A stretch of DNA of 64,000 bases from Octopus vulgaris (GCA_951406725.2 OX597823.1:84258001-84322000), one strand, 5' to 3'; positions 38,783 through 53,494 are shown, counted from the stretch's first letter. Program-made: numbers and translations. The notes: a model not told the origin generated them from the letters alone.

Positions 38783-39724
38783 TATGTATATATATATATA
38801 TGTATGTATGTATGTATATATGCTGGTGTGTTTACCTCCCTGTAACTTAATGGTTCAGCAAAAGTGAATAAGTACTAGGCTTACAAAGAATAAGTCCTGG
38901 GGTCAATTTGTTCAACTAAAGGCAGTGGTCCAGCATGGCTGCAGTCAAATGACTGAAACAAATAAAAGAGTAAAAGAATATATATAAGATTAATTCTCTG
39001 TATAGTTTTATAATAAGAGCAATAAGAATGATAATAATTGTTGGTGATCTTGATAACAATAATAATAATAATAATAGCAACAATAATCCCTTCTACTATC
39101 AACTCAAGGCCTGAAATTTGGGGGAGGGTACTAGTTGATTACATCGACTTCAGTACTTTACTGGTACTTACTTTGTTGACCCTGAAAGGATGAAAGGCAA
39201 AGTCAACCTCAGCAAAATTTGAACTCAGAACATGAAGACAGGCTAAAATGCTTTGCGGCATTTCATCTGTGTACTAACAATTCTGCCAGCTCTCCACCTT
39301 AATAATAATAATATTCTATGTACTATAGGCACAAGGCCTGAAATTTTGAGCGAGGGAACATAACAGTTGCATTGACCCCAGTATTTAACAGGTACTTATC
39401 GAGTTCAGTCGACAATTTTTATATGCTGTAAGCTTTAATTGATAGTTCAAACAAATTATATATAGAAAGCATTTATTTGTCAAAACAGATCTCTTCAGTT
39501 TGGCTCACAGATTATTCAATTATTTTCTTTTAACTAAACAGTTTGAAACTTTGTATACCAGTCAAATTTCACATGCTGATCACAGTTTACTTTCAATGTT
39601 TTTGACAAAATTTTGTATTTTAGAAGTTATTTTGTGTTAAAGTTGTTGTATTTGGGTAATTTTAACCAATCAATGAGGGGTATTCAACTGAAGAAACCTA
39701 CTGCTGTTTGCAATAGTAATTGAA

Positions 39725-40853
39725 GAATTTATGCTGGTTTATTACACTTGGACCATGATCGTTTTCGATTGATGTTATTATAGACAATCCATTTTACATC
39801 ACCAGTGATGATTCATTTCAAGTGATGGTCAATTTCATTGTGTTTGAGACGCATATGGCAAATATTGATTCATTGTGTTAGGTAAATCTCTTATGTGGAA
39901 CCCAAATATTGAGCTTCTTAATGAGTCTGAATTTTAAGTGATTTGCAATTGTTGTGTGTGACACATTTAACCTCTCTGCAGTTTCTTGCACAGTTATGTA
40001 ACAATCAGATTCCATTATCAACTTCAGCAGGTCATCATCAACTTCTGGAGGTCGACCAAAACGTTGGTCATCTTTGAGTACAAAATCTCCAGAATGGAAT
40101 TTTTAAAACTATTTCTGACCTGTGTGCTTTGTTAAGCAATCAACACCATAAACTTCACACATCTCTTTGTGAGCCTCAGCAGCTTTCTTGCCTTTACGGA
40201 AATAAAAAAGCAAAATATGGCAAAAATGTTCTTTTTTTGCACTCCATATCAAAATTGATACTGAACTAACAGTTCTAAGCAAAATTATGTGCAATTTGCT
40301 TTTAAAGGAAGCCGAAAGTAATGGCTATCAAATGTCAAAACGAAAAAATCATAACGTATAGGCGTAGGAGTGGCTGTGTGGTAAGTAGCTTGCTTACGAA
40401 CTACATGGTTCCAGGTTCAGTCCTACTGTGTGGCACCATGGGCAAGTGTCTCCTAATATAGCCTTGGGCCAACCAAAGCCTTGTGAGTGGATTTGGGAGA
40501 TGTAAACTGAAAGAAGTCTGTCGTATGTATGTATGTATGTATATATATATATATATATATATACTCATATATGTGTGTGTGTGTTTGTCCTCCCAACATC
40601 GCTTGACAACCGATGCTGATGTGTTTACGACCCCCGTAACTTAGCAGTTCGGCAAAAGTGACCGATAGAATAAGTACTAGGCTTACAAAGAATAAGTCCT
40701 GGGGTCAATGTGCTCGACTAAAGGCGGTACTCCAGCATGGCCACAATCAAATGACTGAAACAAGTAAAAAAGTAACATTGACAAAAGTCATTCAAAAAAA
40801 TTGTAATTCTATTTATTTGTGAAAAACGAAATTACTTTCTAGACAACCCAATA
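39725..40853 (-). mobile_element. Decayed mariner transposon (5' TIR plus N-terminal half of transposase pseudogene, 40247 to ~39730), split by a SINE
   Basis: Minus strand gives KKEHFCHILLFYFRKGKKAAEAHKEMCEVYG...RFGRPPEVDDD...NIWVPH...IITGDVKWIVYNNINRKRSW with stops and frameshifts; TIR-like TATTGGGTTGTCTAGAAAGTAATTTCGTTTTT at ~40822-40853. Confidence 0.9.
40358..40772 (+). mobile_element. SINE family A, full length, inserted in the mariner 5' UTR
   Basis: Complete head, microsatellite and tail lying between the mariner TIR and the transposase start. Confidence 0.88.
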
Positions 40854-41207
40854 TATATGTATACACACAAACACACACACAGAGTTAGGCAAAGGCTAGC
40901 AGGCTGAAACTTAGAAGTCCCTGTCACCCCTCTTCTAGTAAAAGTTAAATAGATAAATACTTTCTTGCAAAGTATTGAGTGTTTCTTCAGTTTAAAGTTA
41001 AACTATTTTTCTAATAACTTGGCATAAATACCAACATTACTAATATATACAAACTCTCTTATACACATGCATGCGCGCCTTCGTTTTGGGATCACTACTA
41101 CTTTATTATCTCCCCTTCTCCCTAGCTCTCCTCTGTGACCCTCCTGTCCGGCATTTGGCATGATATATCGCTAGCCACTACACATTCTGTATTTTCTCTC
41201 TTTGTCC

Positions 41208-41243
41208 CTTTCTGAGGAAAAGCGTAGGCTTGAAATGTTAAAG
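41208..41243 (+). ncRNA. Minimal type I hammerhead ribozyme-like motif (Penelope-type repeat remnant ~41050-41270)
   Basis: cttt-CTGAGGA-a-AAGC-gtag-GCTT-GAAA-tg-TT-aaag: stem I CTTT/AAAG, stem II AAGC/GCTT, core CUGANGA and GAAA. Confidence 0.55.
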
Positions 41244-41275
41244 ACTTTTTCATTTCTCAAGTGCTATACTAATAC

Positions 41276-41308
<33 letters not shown>

Positions 41309-41388
41309 AACATACATACGCACACACACACACACAGACACATATGAATACACTCATATGCACGCACACATACAGATACATCATATAG

Positions 41389-41441
<53 letters not shown>

Positions 41442-41708
41442 CATACACACATGCATATTCACATACATACAAACACACACAGACAGATGATCTTTCCCTG
41501 TTTTGTCTCTTTATTATATTTCATTCTCAGTTTAATTTCATTGATGCTCGTTAAGAGTAACAAACCGGACAAGTAACAATGGGGCTCGTAATTGTATTCC
41601 ATACTTCATTATTCAATTACTTTCAAACATAATTTCTAGAAAACACTAGAATAAGAATAGCTGGATTTCAAAATGACAGAAGGTTGTTCATGATTATCAT
41701 TATTATTA

Positions 41709-41749
<41 letters not shown>

Positions 41750-42355
41750 GTTATTATTATTGTTATGTTGAGTAGAGACCCTTGTGTTTGTTTGTTTACT
41801 AGGATTCTCTTGAATCTGTTTCCAACTCTTTGTCTGTTATTCTTTGAGTGTTTGCTTCAAACCTGGTAAAGGTACTCCACAAAGGACTGCTAACAATTGA
41901 ACAAAAAATGCTATGAGATTGGGGACTGAAGACTGTTGCTGCCTCTAGTGAAAGGACTAATTTTGTTGGTGGGACGTGTGTAGAATGTTTATGGAATCGA
42001 GAGGTTGAGAGCATCTCTGCTCTGTTTGGAGTCAATAGCTGGGATGATTACTTTTGTTTATACATAAGAGCATCCATCTTGTGTTTTATATATGTTCTTG
42101 TGTGTGTCTGTGTTTATATGTATGTATGTATATATATATATATATATATATATTTGCTGTGTAAATATCTATATCTATGCATGTGTTTACAATATATATG
42201 TGTTTATATATATATATATATATATATATACATACATACATTATCATAATCATCATCATTTAACGTCTGTCTTCCATGCTAAACATATGCATATTGTATA
42301 TGTTGTGTATGTGTATGTATGTGTGTGTGTATGTGTGTATATATGTATATATATG

Positions 42356-42426
<71 letters not shown>

Positions 42427-42451
42427 GTATATATATGTATATATATATATA

Positions 42452-42486
<35 letters not shown>

Positions 42487-42792
42487 GTATTTGCACAGAT
42501 AGATAGATATGCATATATCATCATCATCACTTTAACATGCACTTTGCCATGTTGAAGCAGACTTTCTATGGCCAGATGCCCTTACTGTTGCCAACCCTTA
42601 TCTGTTCCCAAAGAAGTTTATATGGTTACGTTTCTCCATGACAAGACATGTCTTGGTAGATTGGAAGCAAAAGAGACTGCTAACATGATTAGTAACACTT
42701 GCTTGCATCTATCACGCAAGATAAGGAGACAATAACACGCATACATCAATATATCTTTATATCTAATATCTGTGTGTGTGTGTGTGTGTATG

Positions 42793-42827
<35 letters not shown>

Positions 42828-42982
42828 ATGTTAGACAGGCTTCCTACAGTTTCCATCTACAAAATACGCTCACAAGGCTTTCGTTGGCACAAAGTTATGG
42901 TAGAAGTCACTGAGGTGCCATGCACTAGGACTGAACCCAATATCATGTGCTTCAGGAACAAACCTCTTACAACACAGCCATG

Positions 42983-43042
<60 letters not shown>

Positions 43043-43761
43043 CATATATATACATCATCATCATTGTTTGACGTTTGTTTCCCATGCTGGCAAGGATTGG
43101 AGAGTTTCGCTGAGGCCTGGAGAGCCAGCAGCTGCACCAAGCTCCAATCTGATCTGGCAATGTTTCTACAGCTGGATGCCCTTCCTAATTCCAACCACTC
43201 TGAGAGTGTAGTGGCTTCTTTTTATGTGCCACCGGCACAGGAGCCAGTCAGGCAGGCTTGGCATCGATCGCGTTCTGATAGTAGCCAATCAGGGAGTACT
43301 GGCATCAGCCATGTTCAGATGGTGCTTTTTATGTTCCACCAGAATGGGAGCCAGTCAGGAAACGATTTCACTACTTATGGTAGTGATGATGTTGGTAATG
43401 ATTGTGTGCATTTATGCATGTGCATGCATGTACACTTAGCATATACATATTATGTGAAGGTATGTGGCTAAGTGGTTTGGTATTTGGCTCATGATCGAAA
43501 GATTGTGAGTTCGATTTCTGGTGGTGCATCATCTCCTTGAGCAAGACTCTTTTTTTTTCCATGTTGCTCCAGTCCACTCAGCTGACAAAAATTAGCTGTA
43601 CCAGTAATTCAGAAGGACCAGCCTTGTCACACTCTGTGTCATGCTGTATCTCCCTGAGAACTGTGTTATAGGTATGCATGTCTGTGGAGTACTCAGCCAT
43701 TAATTGGATCAACTGAAACACTTGTCATTGTAACCTACAGACTGCCTGTTATATATATTAT

Positions 43762-44048
43762 CAGAGGCATAGCTAGGGTGAAGCAAGCAGAGCACATGCC
43801 CTGGGTGCCACTTTGAGGTGGGGATGCAATTTTGACGAAGATCGTTTTCTAATTAAGTAATTAAAAAAAAGATTTTTTAACCTTTGCTGGCATGGTTTGT
43901 TTTGCTTATTGCGATCCATGCCACTAGACAGAAAAGGTGTTCTTACTTGACCTCACAAAATGCATGCACTCCTTTTAGGTTGGTGGAAGGGGGCACGGGG
44001 TTATTTTGATGCTTGCCCTGGGTGCCTTTTACCCTAGCTACACCCCTG
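43762..44048. mobile_element. hAT-like MITE
   Basis: TIRs CAGAGGCATAGCTAGGGT / ACCCTAGCTACACCCCTG; 8-bp TSD tatattat / tatatcat (7 of 8 match). Confidence 0.8.
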
Positions 44049-46448
44049 TATATCATACATATGAAAACTAACTTGCACATGTTTATGCGCACATAGTCAC
44101 AAGTGTGCTTATTAACCATTTTTGATGCCAACCTACCTGAAACCACTTCTGGTTCCCTGACACCAACTTCCTGTTTTAAAGCAATCTAAATTAAAATTAT
44201 CCATCAAAATTTTCATGTCGATGTATGTTCCAAACACCAGTTATTTTGCTCAATTTTTCATTATTTTCAAAATCATTTAAAACAAAGACAGAGAATTTCA
44301 ACAGAAATATGGTAGTAGAGGAGTTAACCCATTCACTGCCAAGTTTTTAAATTCATAGTTTTTGTCTTTGCTAGGTGTCTTATGAGTTAAAATCATAGTA
44401 TTTAAATTTTCTTCATATGTGAATTTCTCCAGAAATTATGGTAAATTTTTCGAAAAGTCCCAAAGTGGGATTGCTGAAAAAATTGCATAGTTATCCTTTT
44501 CTCTTCTATTGCAGTAATAAGCATTTTATTTTTTTTTAAAATAAAGTATCAAATGCAAATGTGTATAAAATATCAATGAATGATTTAGATGGGAAATGCA
44601 AAAACAAAAAAAAATATTTTTAAAACAGCCAATATTTTTGTAGTTCAAAAATTGCAATTTATGACATAAAATGTCCTCTAGAATTAGCCAGAGCTAATAA
44701 TGACAAAGTTTAACTACTAAATATTGTTAAACACACCTCTGCAAATGCACACTCCAAATATGAGACTGTTTTTAGCAGATCCCCAAATGGGGATCATGGT
44801 AGACAATGGGTTAAATGTGCAAACAATTTTTATACATGTATGTATAACTTTCATGCTTCCTGAGATTCGCCAACACTGACCTTCTCCCCTCCATACACAG
44901 GCAAGCATGTATCTGACTCATACACTGTTCACTTTCCAGACATTTGTGCATTACTGCATATGCTTTATACACACTTTTGACAAGTTGTAGTACACCTGAG
45001 CACTGTATACAATAATTTCATTATTGTCATTATTATATCCATAAATTCAATTCCTATACAGAAAATATAAAGTTGAAGTCTCTCTCTCTCTGTCTAGCCT
45101 ATTGGCTCATTAGGTCAAAACTTATCCTATTTCTGGGGTTCTTATATGATTGAGACAAGAAAAATCCCCACTGACCAGTGCACCAGTTTGTCACAGGGTC
45201 AGGTGTCTTTGCTATTGCTGTATGTATGCATTTTCAGCTGAGTTGTCTAAAATAATTGGAAATGAAGTGCATTACTCAAGGAACCAGTGTGTTGTCTTTG
45301 TCTAAGATTAGAGTCCAGGACTTAACAGCCATGAGCCCGAGATATATGTTGTTAATTTGGAAGTATATGAGTACATGCGTCTGTGTGTTCGTGCAAGAAA
45401 GAACACATGTGTGTATGTGGATGGGTGTATATATATGATTTAATTCTTTTACTTGTTTCAGTCATTTGACTGCGGCCATGCTGGAGCACTCCCTTTAGTC
45501 AAACAAATTGACCCCAGGACTTATTCTATTTGTGGCTTGTGCTGGACTGCTAAGTTATGAGAACGTAAACACACCAACACCAGTTGTCAAGTGATGGTGG
45601 GGGAACACACACACATGCGCACACACACACACACATGACAGGCTTCTTTCAGTTTCTATCTACCAAATCCACTCACAAGGCTTTGGTCGGCCCGAGGCTA
45701 TAGTAGAAGGCACTTGCCCAAGGTGCCATGCAGTAGGACTGAACCTGGCACCATGTAATTGGGAAGCAAGCTTCTTACTGCACAGACACTCCTGTGCCTA
45801 CATATATGTTTGCAAATACACATGCGTAGCTATGTGTGCATGCATACACACACTCCCCCACTCCATATAGACACGCACACATGCACATGCTACACACACT
45901 ATATATATATATATATACCCATACACATATTAGTACGCACCTTATATTACCTAGTTGCCATTTCACTCAAACTCACATACCCGAGGGAGGCTTTAACCCA
46001 ACAGAGACTAACTGTATAAAGCTGAGATTAACTCTAATGCATCGTACTCTGATGATGGCTTAACTATTCAAAACTTTGAAGTCACTGTCAACAGTTTTCT
46101 TGTTTAAGAATAAGCTCGTACTCTACAAAAGGATAGAGTAACCCACCAGATTGATAGTTCTGTAACTGAACATAAAAACACACATTAACACACACACACA
46201 CACACACAGAATATATATATATATATATATATATTCTTATCTACATTAGGCACAAGACCCAAAATTTGGTGGGAGGAGGTCAGTTGATTAGATTGACCCC
46301 GTTACACAACTGGTACTTAATTTATCGACCCTGAAAGGACTAAAGGCAAAGTTGACCTTGGCGGAGTTTGAACTCAGAGCGTAAAGACAGACGAAATACC
46401 GGTATTCATTTTGCCCGGTATACTAACATTTCTGCAAGCTCACTGCCT

Positions 46449-46498
<50 letters not shown>

Positions 46499-46505
46499 CA
46501 CACAT

Positions 46506-46540
<35 letters not shown>

Positions 46541-47012
46541 ACACACATATGTATACTATGCACACATCATCATCCTCATATATATATATATATATACTCA
46601 CACACACTTATACACAGACCCCTACACATATAGATAGATACATAGATAGATAGATAATGCACACACACAGAAAATATTGGTCCTGCTCTCCCTTCCTGCT
46701 CCCTTTGCCTCCATTTTCTCCCTGGCCAAGCCATTCTCTCTTTTCCCCTTCATCATCATTTCTTAATCAACACAGACACTCTCTTTCCTCCTCTCTTATG
46801 TTGCTGACTCATTCACTACCCTCTCCCACCGCCACCACCACCACCTCATGTCTTGCCGTCATGCATCCACATCTGTTAAATATGCATAAATGTGGGTATA
46901 TATGTTTGTATAGATATGATATTAATGTTTATACATGTATATTTAGACAGACATACGAGTTCAAAATGCTTTCTATTTGATATCTGTCATTCTCACACTC
47001 TCTTTCTCTTAC

Positions 47013-47060
<48 letters not shown>

Positions 47061-48378
47061 CATACATACATAAACACTCACACACCCATGTATATACATT
47101 CTTTTGCATTGTCTTACACATATGAGACAGGCATATATATATATATGTGTGTGTGTGTGGTTGTATATGTGCACATGTAAGCATACAATACATACATGAT
47201 ATATAATAGACTTACACACGTGTGTGTATGTATTTATATTTGTATATACACACGTATTTATGTATCAATATTTTTATGAGTTAGAAATTTTTATTGTGCC
47301 TAATGTGTGTGTGTTTGTGTGTGAATGTATGTATAATTTCTGTGTGAGATTTCGTATAATATATGGTTTGTTCTTTGTGGTCTGTGTCAAAATTCTAATT
47401 AGTGTATTAATATTAAGGGTGGTTTCTGTCAAAAAATGAAATGCAAATATGATGATACAGATGGGGTGTTTCAACATACCACTCTAAGCATGTATGTATA
47501 TATATGTGTGTATAAATGTGTATATATATATGTGTGTATAGATGTGTTTTTGTATAGATATATGTATGTGCATGTGTATAGATATATGTATGTGCATGTG
47601 CATAGATATGTGTGTGTGTGTATATATATATGTGTGTGTGGATATAGATATATATGTCTATATGTATAGATATATATATGTACGTGTTTGTATGTATGGA
47701 TAAATGTGTGTGTATATGTACAAATATGTGTGTGTGTATATATATGTATATATATGTAGATATATATATGTGTGTGTATATATATATATATGTATATGTG
47801 TATGCATGTGTGTATATAGGTATAGATATATGTGTATGCATGTGTGTATATATGTATAGATATGTTTGTATGCATGTGTGTATATATGTATAGATATATG
47901 TGTATGCATGTGTGTATATATGAATAGATATGTGTATGCATGTGTGTATATATATATTGATATATGTGTATGCATGTGTGTGTATATGTGTATGTGCATG
48001 TGTTTGTATGTGTGTGTATGTATGTGTGTATGTATAGATATAGATTTGTGTGTGTATGTGTGTGTATAAATATATAGGTATATATATGCATATGTTTGTG
48101 TGTATATAGTTGTATAAATATATATATATACATGTGTATATGTGTTGGACTGTCATTCATCATGCCAGTGTGTATATTGCATATATATATATATATATAT
48201 ATTAAAGGGTAAATATGAAGAACAGGAACATGGGATGGTGGCAGCAGGAGGTATTTTCAATTTCTGTAATAATTTGCTGGAAGTGAATAACAATGATGTG
48301 TTTGTAATTTCATTGAAGAAAAAAATGCTAACCTAATATTTATTTTACATTATAAGAGTGTATGTGTGTGTGTGTGCA

Positions 48379-48422
<44 letters not shown>

Positions 48423-48560
48423 CATTTGTATGCACGTGTTTTGTTTTATTATTTTAATATACATACCTGTACAGCTGCCTCTACATATATAATAGATGTT
48501 TTTGTGTGTGTGCATACATACATACATACATGCAGGTAGTGAATGAGAAAGTGTTGTGTG

Positions 48561-48610
<50 letters not shown>

Positions 48611-48760
48611 CATATATATAGTGAGAAAGAGTTGTATATATATACAGTGAGAGAGTGTTTGTATGTATATATAGTGAGAGTGTTTGTGTGTGTGTATGTA
48701 TATATAGTGAGAGAGAGTTGTGTATATGTGTGTATATTGTGAGGTACAGTTGTTTATATA

Positions 48761-48802
<42 letters not shown>

Positions 48803-48873
48803 GTCTTTTTGCTGTCTTACATCTTTCAGTTATATAAATATATGTATATATTTATGTATGTTTATATGTATAT

Positions 48874-48928
<55 letters not shown>

Positions 48929-49184
48929 AGCATGTGTATGTAGAATGATAGATAGATAGATAGATTGATAGATAAATAGATAGATAAATCTAGATGTATG
49001 AATACATTTGTACATATGTGTATATCTATTCATGTGTGTATTATATCTATGTAATACATGTATTGGTATATTGTATATGTGCATTTATTATAAATAAAAT
49101 CATATTTGTATATATATGTATATATTATATGTACTTATTATATAATACGTTTACACTATCTCCATTTAAATATATGCCTCTCTG

Positions 49185-49224
<40 letters not shown>

Positions 49225-49815
49225 ATGTAGATATGATAAAGAATGTTTGATTGCAGCTAAATAGATTGGGTAGAAGTGGCTTTATGATGCAAGGCAGGAG
49301 ATGGGTGTAGGGATGACGAAGGGTGTGGAATTAAGATGGGATGGGCTGGGGATAGGAATGGGATCAGGAAAACGGGAAAGTTAGGTGGAAGGAAGGAATC
49401 GCAGGGACAGGAGATGAGAGGTAAAATATAAGAGCTTTAGTTTTTGTGAAAGGGAAGAAGTTTGGCAAGCCTGGGGAGGCTAGGAGAAATGGCAAAAGCT
49501 TCCTGATTTTGAACACGATCACCAGTGAATGCTTATTGATCTCTTGTTATAGCTTGCACTTACTAGGAATAAAAATGACGGTGGATATAATTTCCTGTGC
49601 AGAGAAACATTTTTCAAAATCCATTATAGAAAACTTAGTTTCAGCTTTGGAAATCAAAAAAAAAAAAAAAAAAGTCATGCGTATTTATGCATGTATATTA
49701 ATATGTATCTATGTATATGTGTGTATTTCTGTGTGTATGTTTGTACATATTTATGAATATGTGTATGAATTCGTATGTACATGAGTTTGTGTCTCATTAA
49801 ATATGTGTGTGTGTT

Positions 49816-49868
<53 letters not shown>

Positions 49869-50024
49869 CTATTATACATAAAATATAATAGATATTATAA
49901 ATATAATATCTATTATATATAATACATACTTTTCATATAACGTATATATATATATATGACATATTGCATTTACTATATATTTATATATATATGCAGTGTG
50001 TGTATATTTACGCATTATGTACAA

Positions 50025-50070
<46 letters not shown>

Positions 50071-50524
50071 GTGTATGTCTGCACAATCGCATACAAGCAT
50101 ACGTATATAAACATTGTATGTATATATATATATATATAGCTGTGCATTTCTTATTGTTGTGCATCTATCTTTTATCATCTTTGAAGAAGATAAGAAGAAA
50201 AAAAATTCTGTGTCTAAGAATGAAAGAAGGAAACAAGCAAATGAAGACATTAACATTACAGAAGTGGACATCTCTGTTTTCATGTTTTCACTTAACAAAC
50301 AGAATCTCCTCATAGTTCTCTACAGAATACACACACACACACACACACACATATAGTGATTGATATAGGTGTGTGTTATATGTATGTATATATATATATA
50401 TATAGATAGATAGATATACACACACACACATTTATAAAGAGTGATTTAAGTATATGTTTGTGTATATATATGTATGTAATATATAATGTATATGTATGTA
50501 ATATGTATATGTATATGATATATA

Positions 50525-50629
<105 letters not shown>

Positions 50630-50968
50630 GATAGACAGACAAATAGGTATATTCAGATTTATACAAACTTATATATAGTCAGACAAATAGGTGTATTCAT
50701 ATGGATAGATAGAGATATGTGTGTGTATATCGTAGAGGAAAATAGTTGGGCGATGGAATAACAGAAAGCCGTCATAGAGAGGTTCTGTGTTTCGGGAACT
50801 GTTACTCTACTTTTCTTGTTAACTTGGTTTCAATTCCTTTACAAAAATGCTACCATTATTCCTTGTGCGGAAAGAAAATTAGAAAATAAGATAGAAGAGC
50901 ATTGGTGGAAAGGAAGGAAAAAAAAAAGGATAATTTGAAACAGGAAAAAGTTAAAATATGTATATATA

Positions 50969-51019
<51 letters not shown>

Positions 51020-52384
51020 CATGTGTATAGATTTATAGATTTGTATTTATAACTACACTGAACTTGTAAAAAAAAAAAAGTAAAAATCTTGTATTTTCTA
51101 CCCGTTGGTTATGCAGATCTTTTGACAAGAGATATAGTTCGAGTTAGTTTGCAATAAGCCATGGTGTCTTCGGAAAGTCTGTAGAGTATTAAAAATTACT
51201 AGAAGAAGAAAAAAAAAGAAAGAAAATTTCAAAATAAAATAAAATACAATATAAAAGAAAGAAACTTACAATGAGCAAGTTAAAATCATTGCTTAAGCAA
51301 TTACATGTTCCTCTGAAACTTCTCAGCAACTTCTTTTTGTGTATGTGTAAAAGTATTATTAGTAATATTATTATCATTATTATTATTACTATTATTATTA
51401 TCATTATTATTATTATTTGTCGTGGTGCGGTGCTTGACATTAAGTTGGTGTTTTGTTATAGTATATAAAACCCTGCTGGACATGGGTGTTTGTTCAACAA
51501 AGCTTTGGTTTTTCTGTTTTCTCTCTTTCCTTTTTTTCATTTTTTGCTCTTTAACACACCGGATAAATAAACATATGTGTATCTTTTAACAGGAAAAAGT
51601 AAATTCTGAATTAACTGTCTTTGAAATATGTAATCCAAAACCTAACACCGATGCACCAAAAAACACAAACAAAAAAAAAAGGGAAATAAATATAGAGATA
51701 AATAATAAATAAAGCATATTTTTTTGGTACAATTTTTTTTCTCTTCTATTTTAAATAAAAATTGGACAAAATTGGAATTTTTTTTTTTACTCAGACCTTG
51801 CATTTCTTTGTTACCCAGAATACAAGGTATTTTAACAGAAAATCTGATATTGACTTCTTACATTATTGGCAAAAAGAAGGCTACAAATTCGTCAAGTTGA
51901 GTTGAAGCATCATTGAAAGCAGAACTAGAAATCATATTTATTTATTTCTAAAAGTAAACATTATTATTTTTTTTTTTTTTGCCCCCACATACAGCAACTA
52001 GTTCAGGCTTTCATATTTATTTGGGAGTTGGTCGAAATATGCAATTATAGTATTAAATGATGTTGCTTTTGTGGGGTTTTTTTTTCACAAGGACTTCAGT
52101 TATGTATCTTTTAGATTTTTATTTACTTGTTTCAGTCATTGGACTATGGCCATGCAGGGGCACCATCTTGAAGGGTTAAGTCGAAATAATTGATTCTAGT
52201 ACTGTTTTTTTTTAATTTTTAGGTTTTTATATTTATTCTATCAGCATTTTTAACCAAATCACTAAGTTACGGAAATGTAAATATATCAACCCTGTCAGTC
52301 AAGTACTTTGGTTACAGACACAAGTACAAAGACGTGTGTGTGTAAATGCAACTGTGCCGGTCCTGCATAAACACACCCTTGCTG

Positions 52385-52790
52385 CTGCTGTTTGTTTGGC
52401 TTTTTTGTTTGTTGAGCAAAGCAGTCTTCATCCCAGAGCTCGCAAGATCGCGAGTGGGAGAAGTCTGAAACGTGGTCCTTTGCTATTTGTAAGACCCGCA
52501 GAAGAGAAAAGTCAACCCTTGACACCGAGAGCATCAACGGATGGATGAATGCACCTCCAGGCTCAGCGGTTGCGTAGGAAGTCGGGGAGAAGAAACAGGA
52601 AGAAAGAGTGAGAAAAAGTTGGAGCGAAAGAGTACAACAGGGGTCGTCCCCCACCCCCCACCTCCTGCTGGAGCCTCATGGAGCTTTAGGTGTTTTCGCT
52701 CAATAAACCCGCACAACACCCGGTCTGGGAATCGAAACTGCGATCCTCTGACTGTGAGTCCACTACCCTAACCACTGGGCCACTGCACCA
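52385..52790 (-). mobile_element. tRNA-derived SINE family E
   Basis: Minus strand head ggtgcagtggcccagtggttaggg...gtttcgattcccagaccgggtgttgtg (A/B boxes) and a (CAAA)-like tail. Confidence 0.7.
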
Positions 52791-53494
52791 CCACCCCTAC
52801 TGCTGCTGTGTAAACACAACTATGTTGGTGCTGCATAAATGCACCCATGCGAGTGTTGTGTAAACGCACCTGAGCCAGTGCTGCTTGAGTGCACCCATGC
52901 CTGTGACATGTAAAAGGCACTCAGCACACTGTTAAGTGTTTAGCGTTTGGATGAGCATCCAGCTATTAAAACCCATACCTTGACAGACAGCTGGAGTTTG
53001 GACAGCTCCCTGCTAGCAAGCTCCATGTCAGACTGTCCAACCTGTGCCAGCATGGAAAGCGGACGTTAAACGATGATGATAATATATATATACACACACA
53101 CAGTAATCCCTTGCCATAGTGCAGTTCACCTGAGCTTACATCAATTCCTCCAGGGTGTTGTTTTGCATTTATAAAAAAATAAATATATACAATTTATAAA
53201 AAATAAAAAAAAAAGAATAACTAGGCTTAAAAGGAATAAGTCCTAGGGTCGATCTGTTTGACTGAAGTTGGTGCTCCAGTATGGCCACAGTCAAAATGAC
53301 TGAAACAAGTAAAAATAATAAAAGAAAAGAATATGTACACATACACAATGGGGTTCTTTCAGTTTCCATCTACTACAGGCACTCGCAAAGCTCTGGTCAG
53401 CCTGGGGTTATAGTAGAAGACACTTGTTCAAGGTGCTACAGAGAGGGACTGAACCTGAAACCAAGGAGTATATTGTTTATTGCAACTGGCCATG

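Noticed and set aside
46049-46085. Hammerhead core CTGATGA (also on the minus strand near 22040-22050)
   Set aside because: No paired stem II followed by GAAA.
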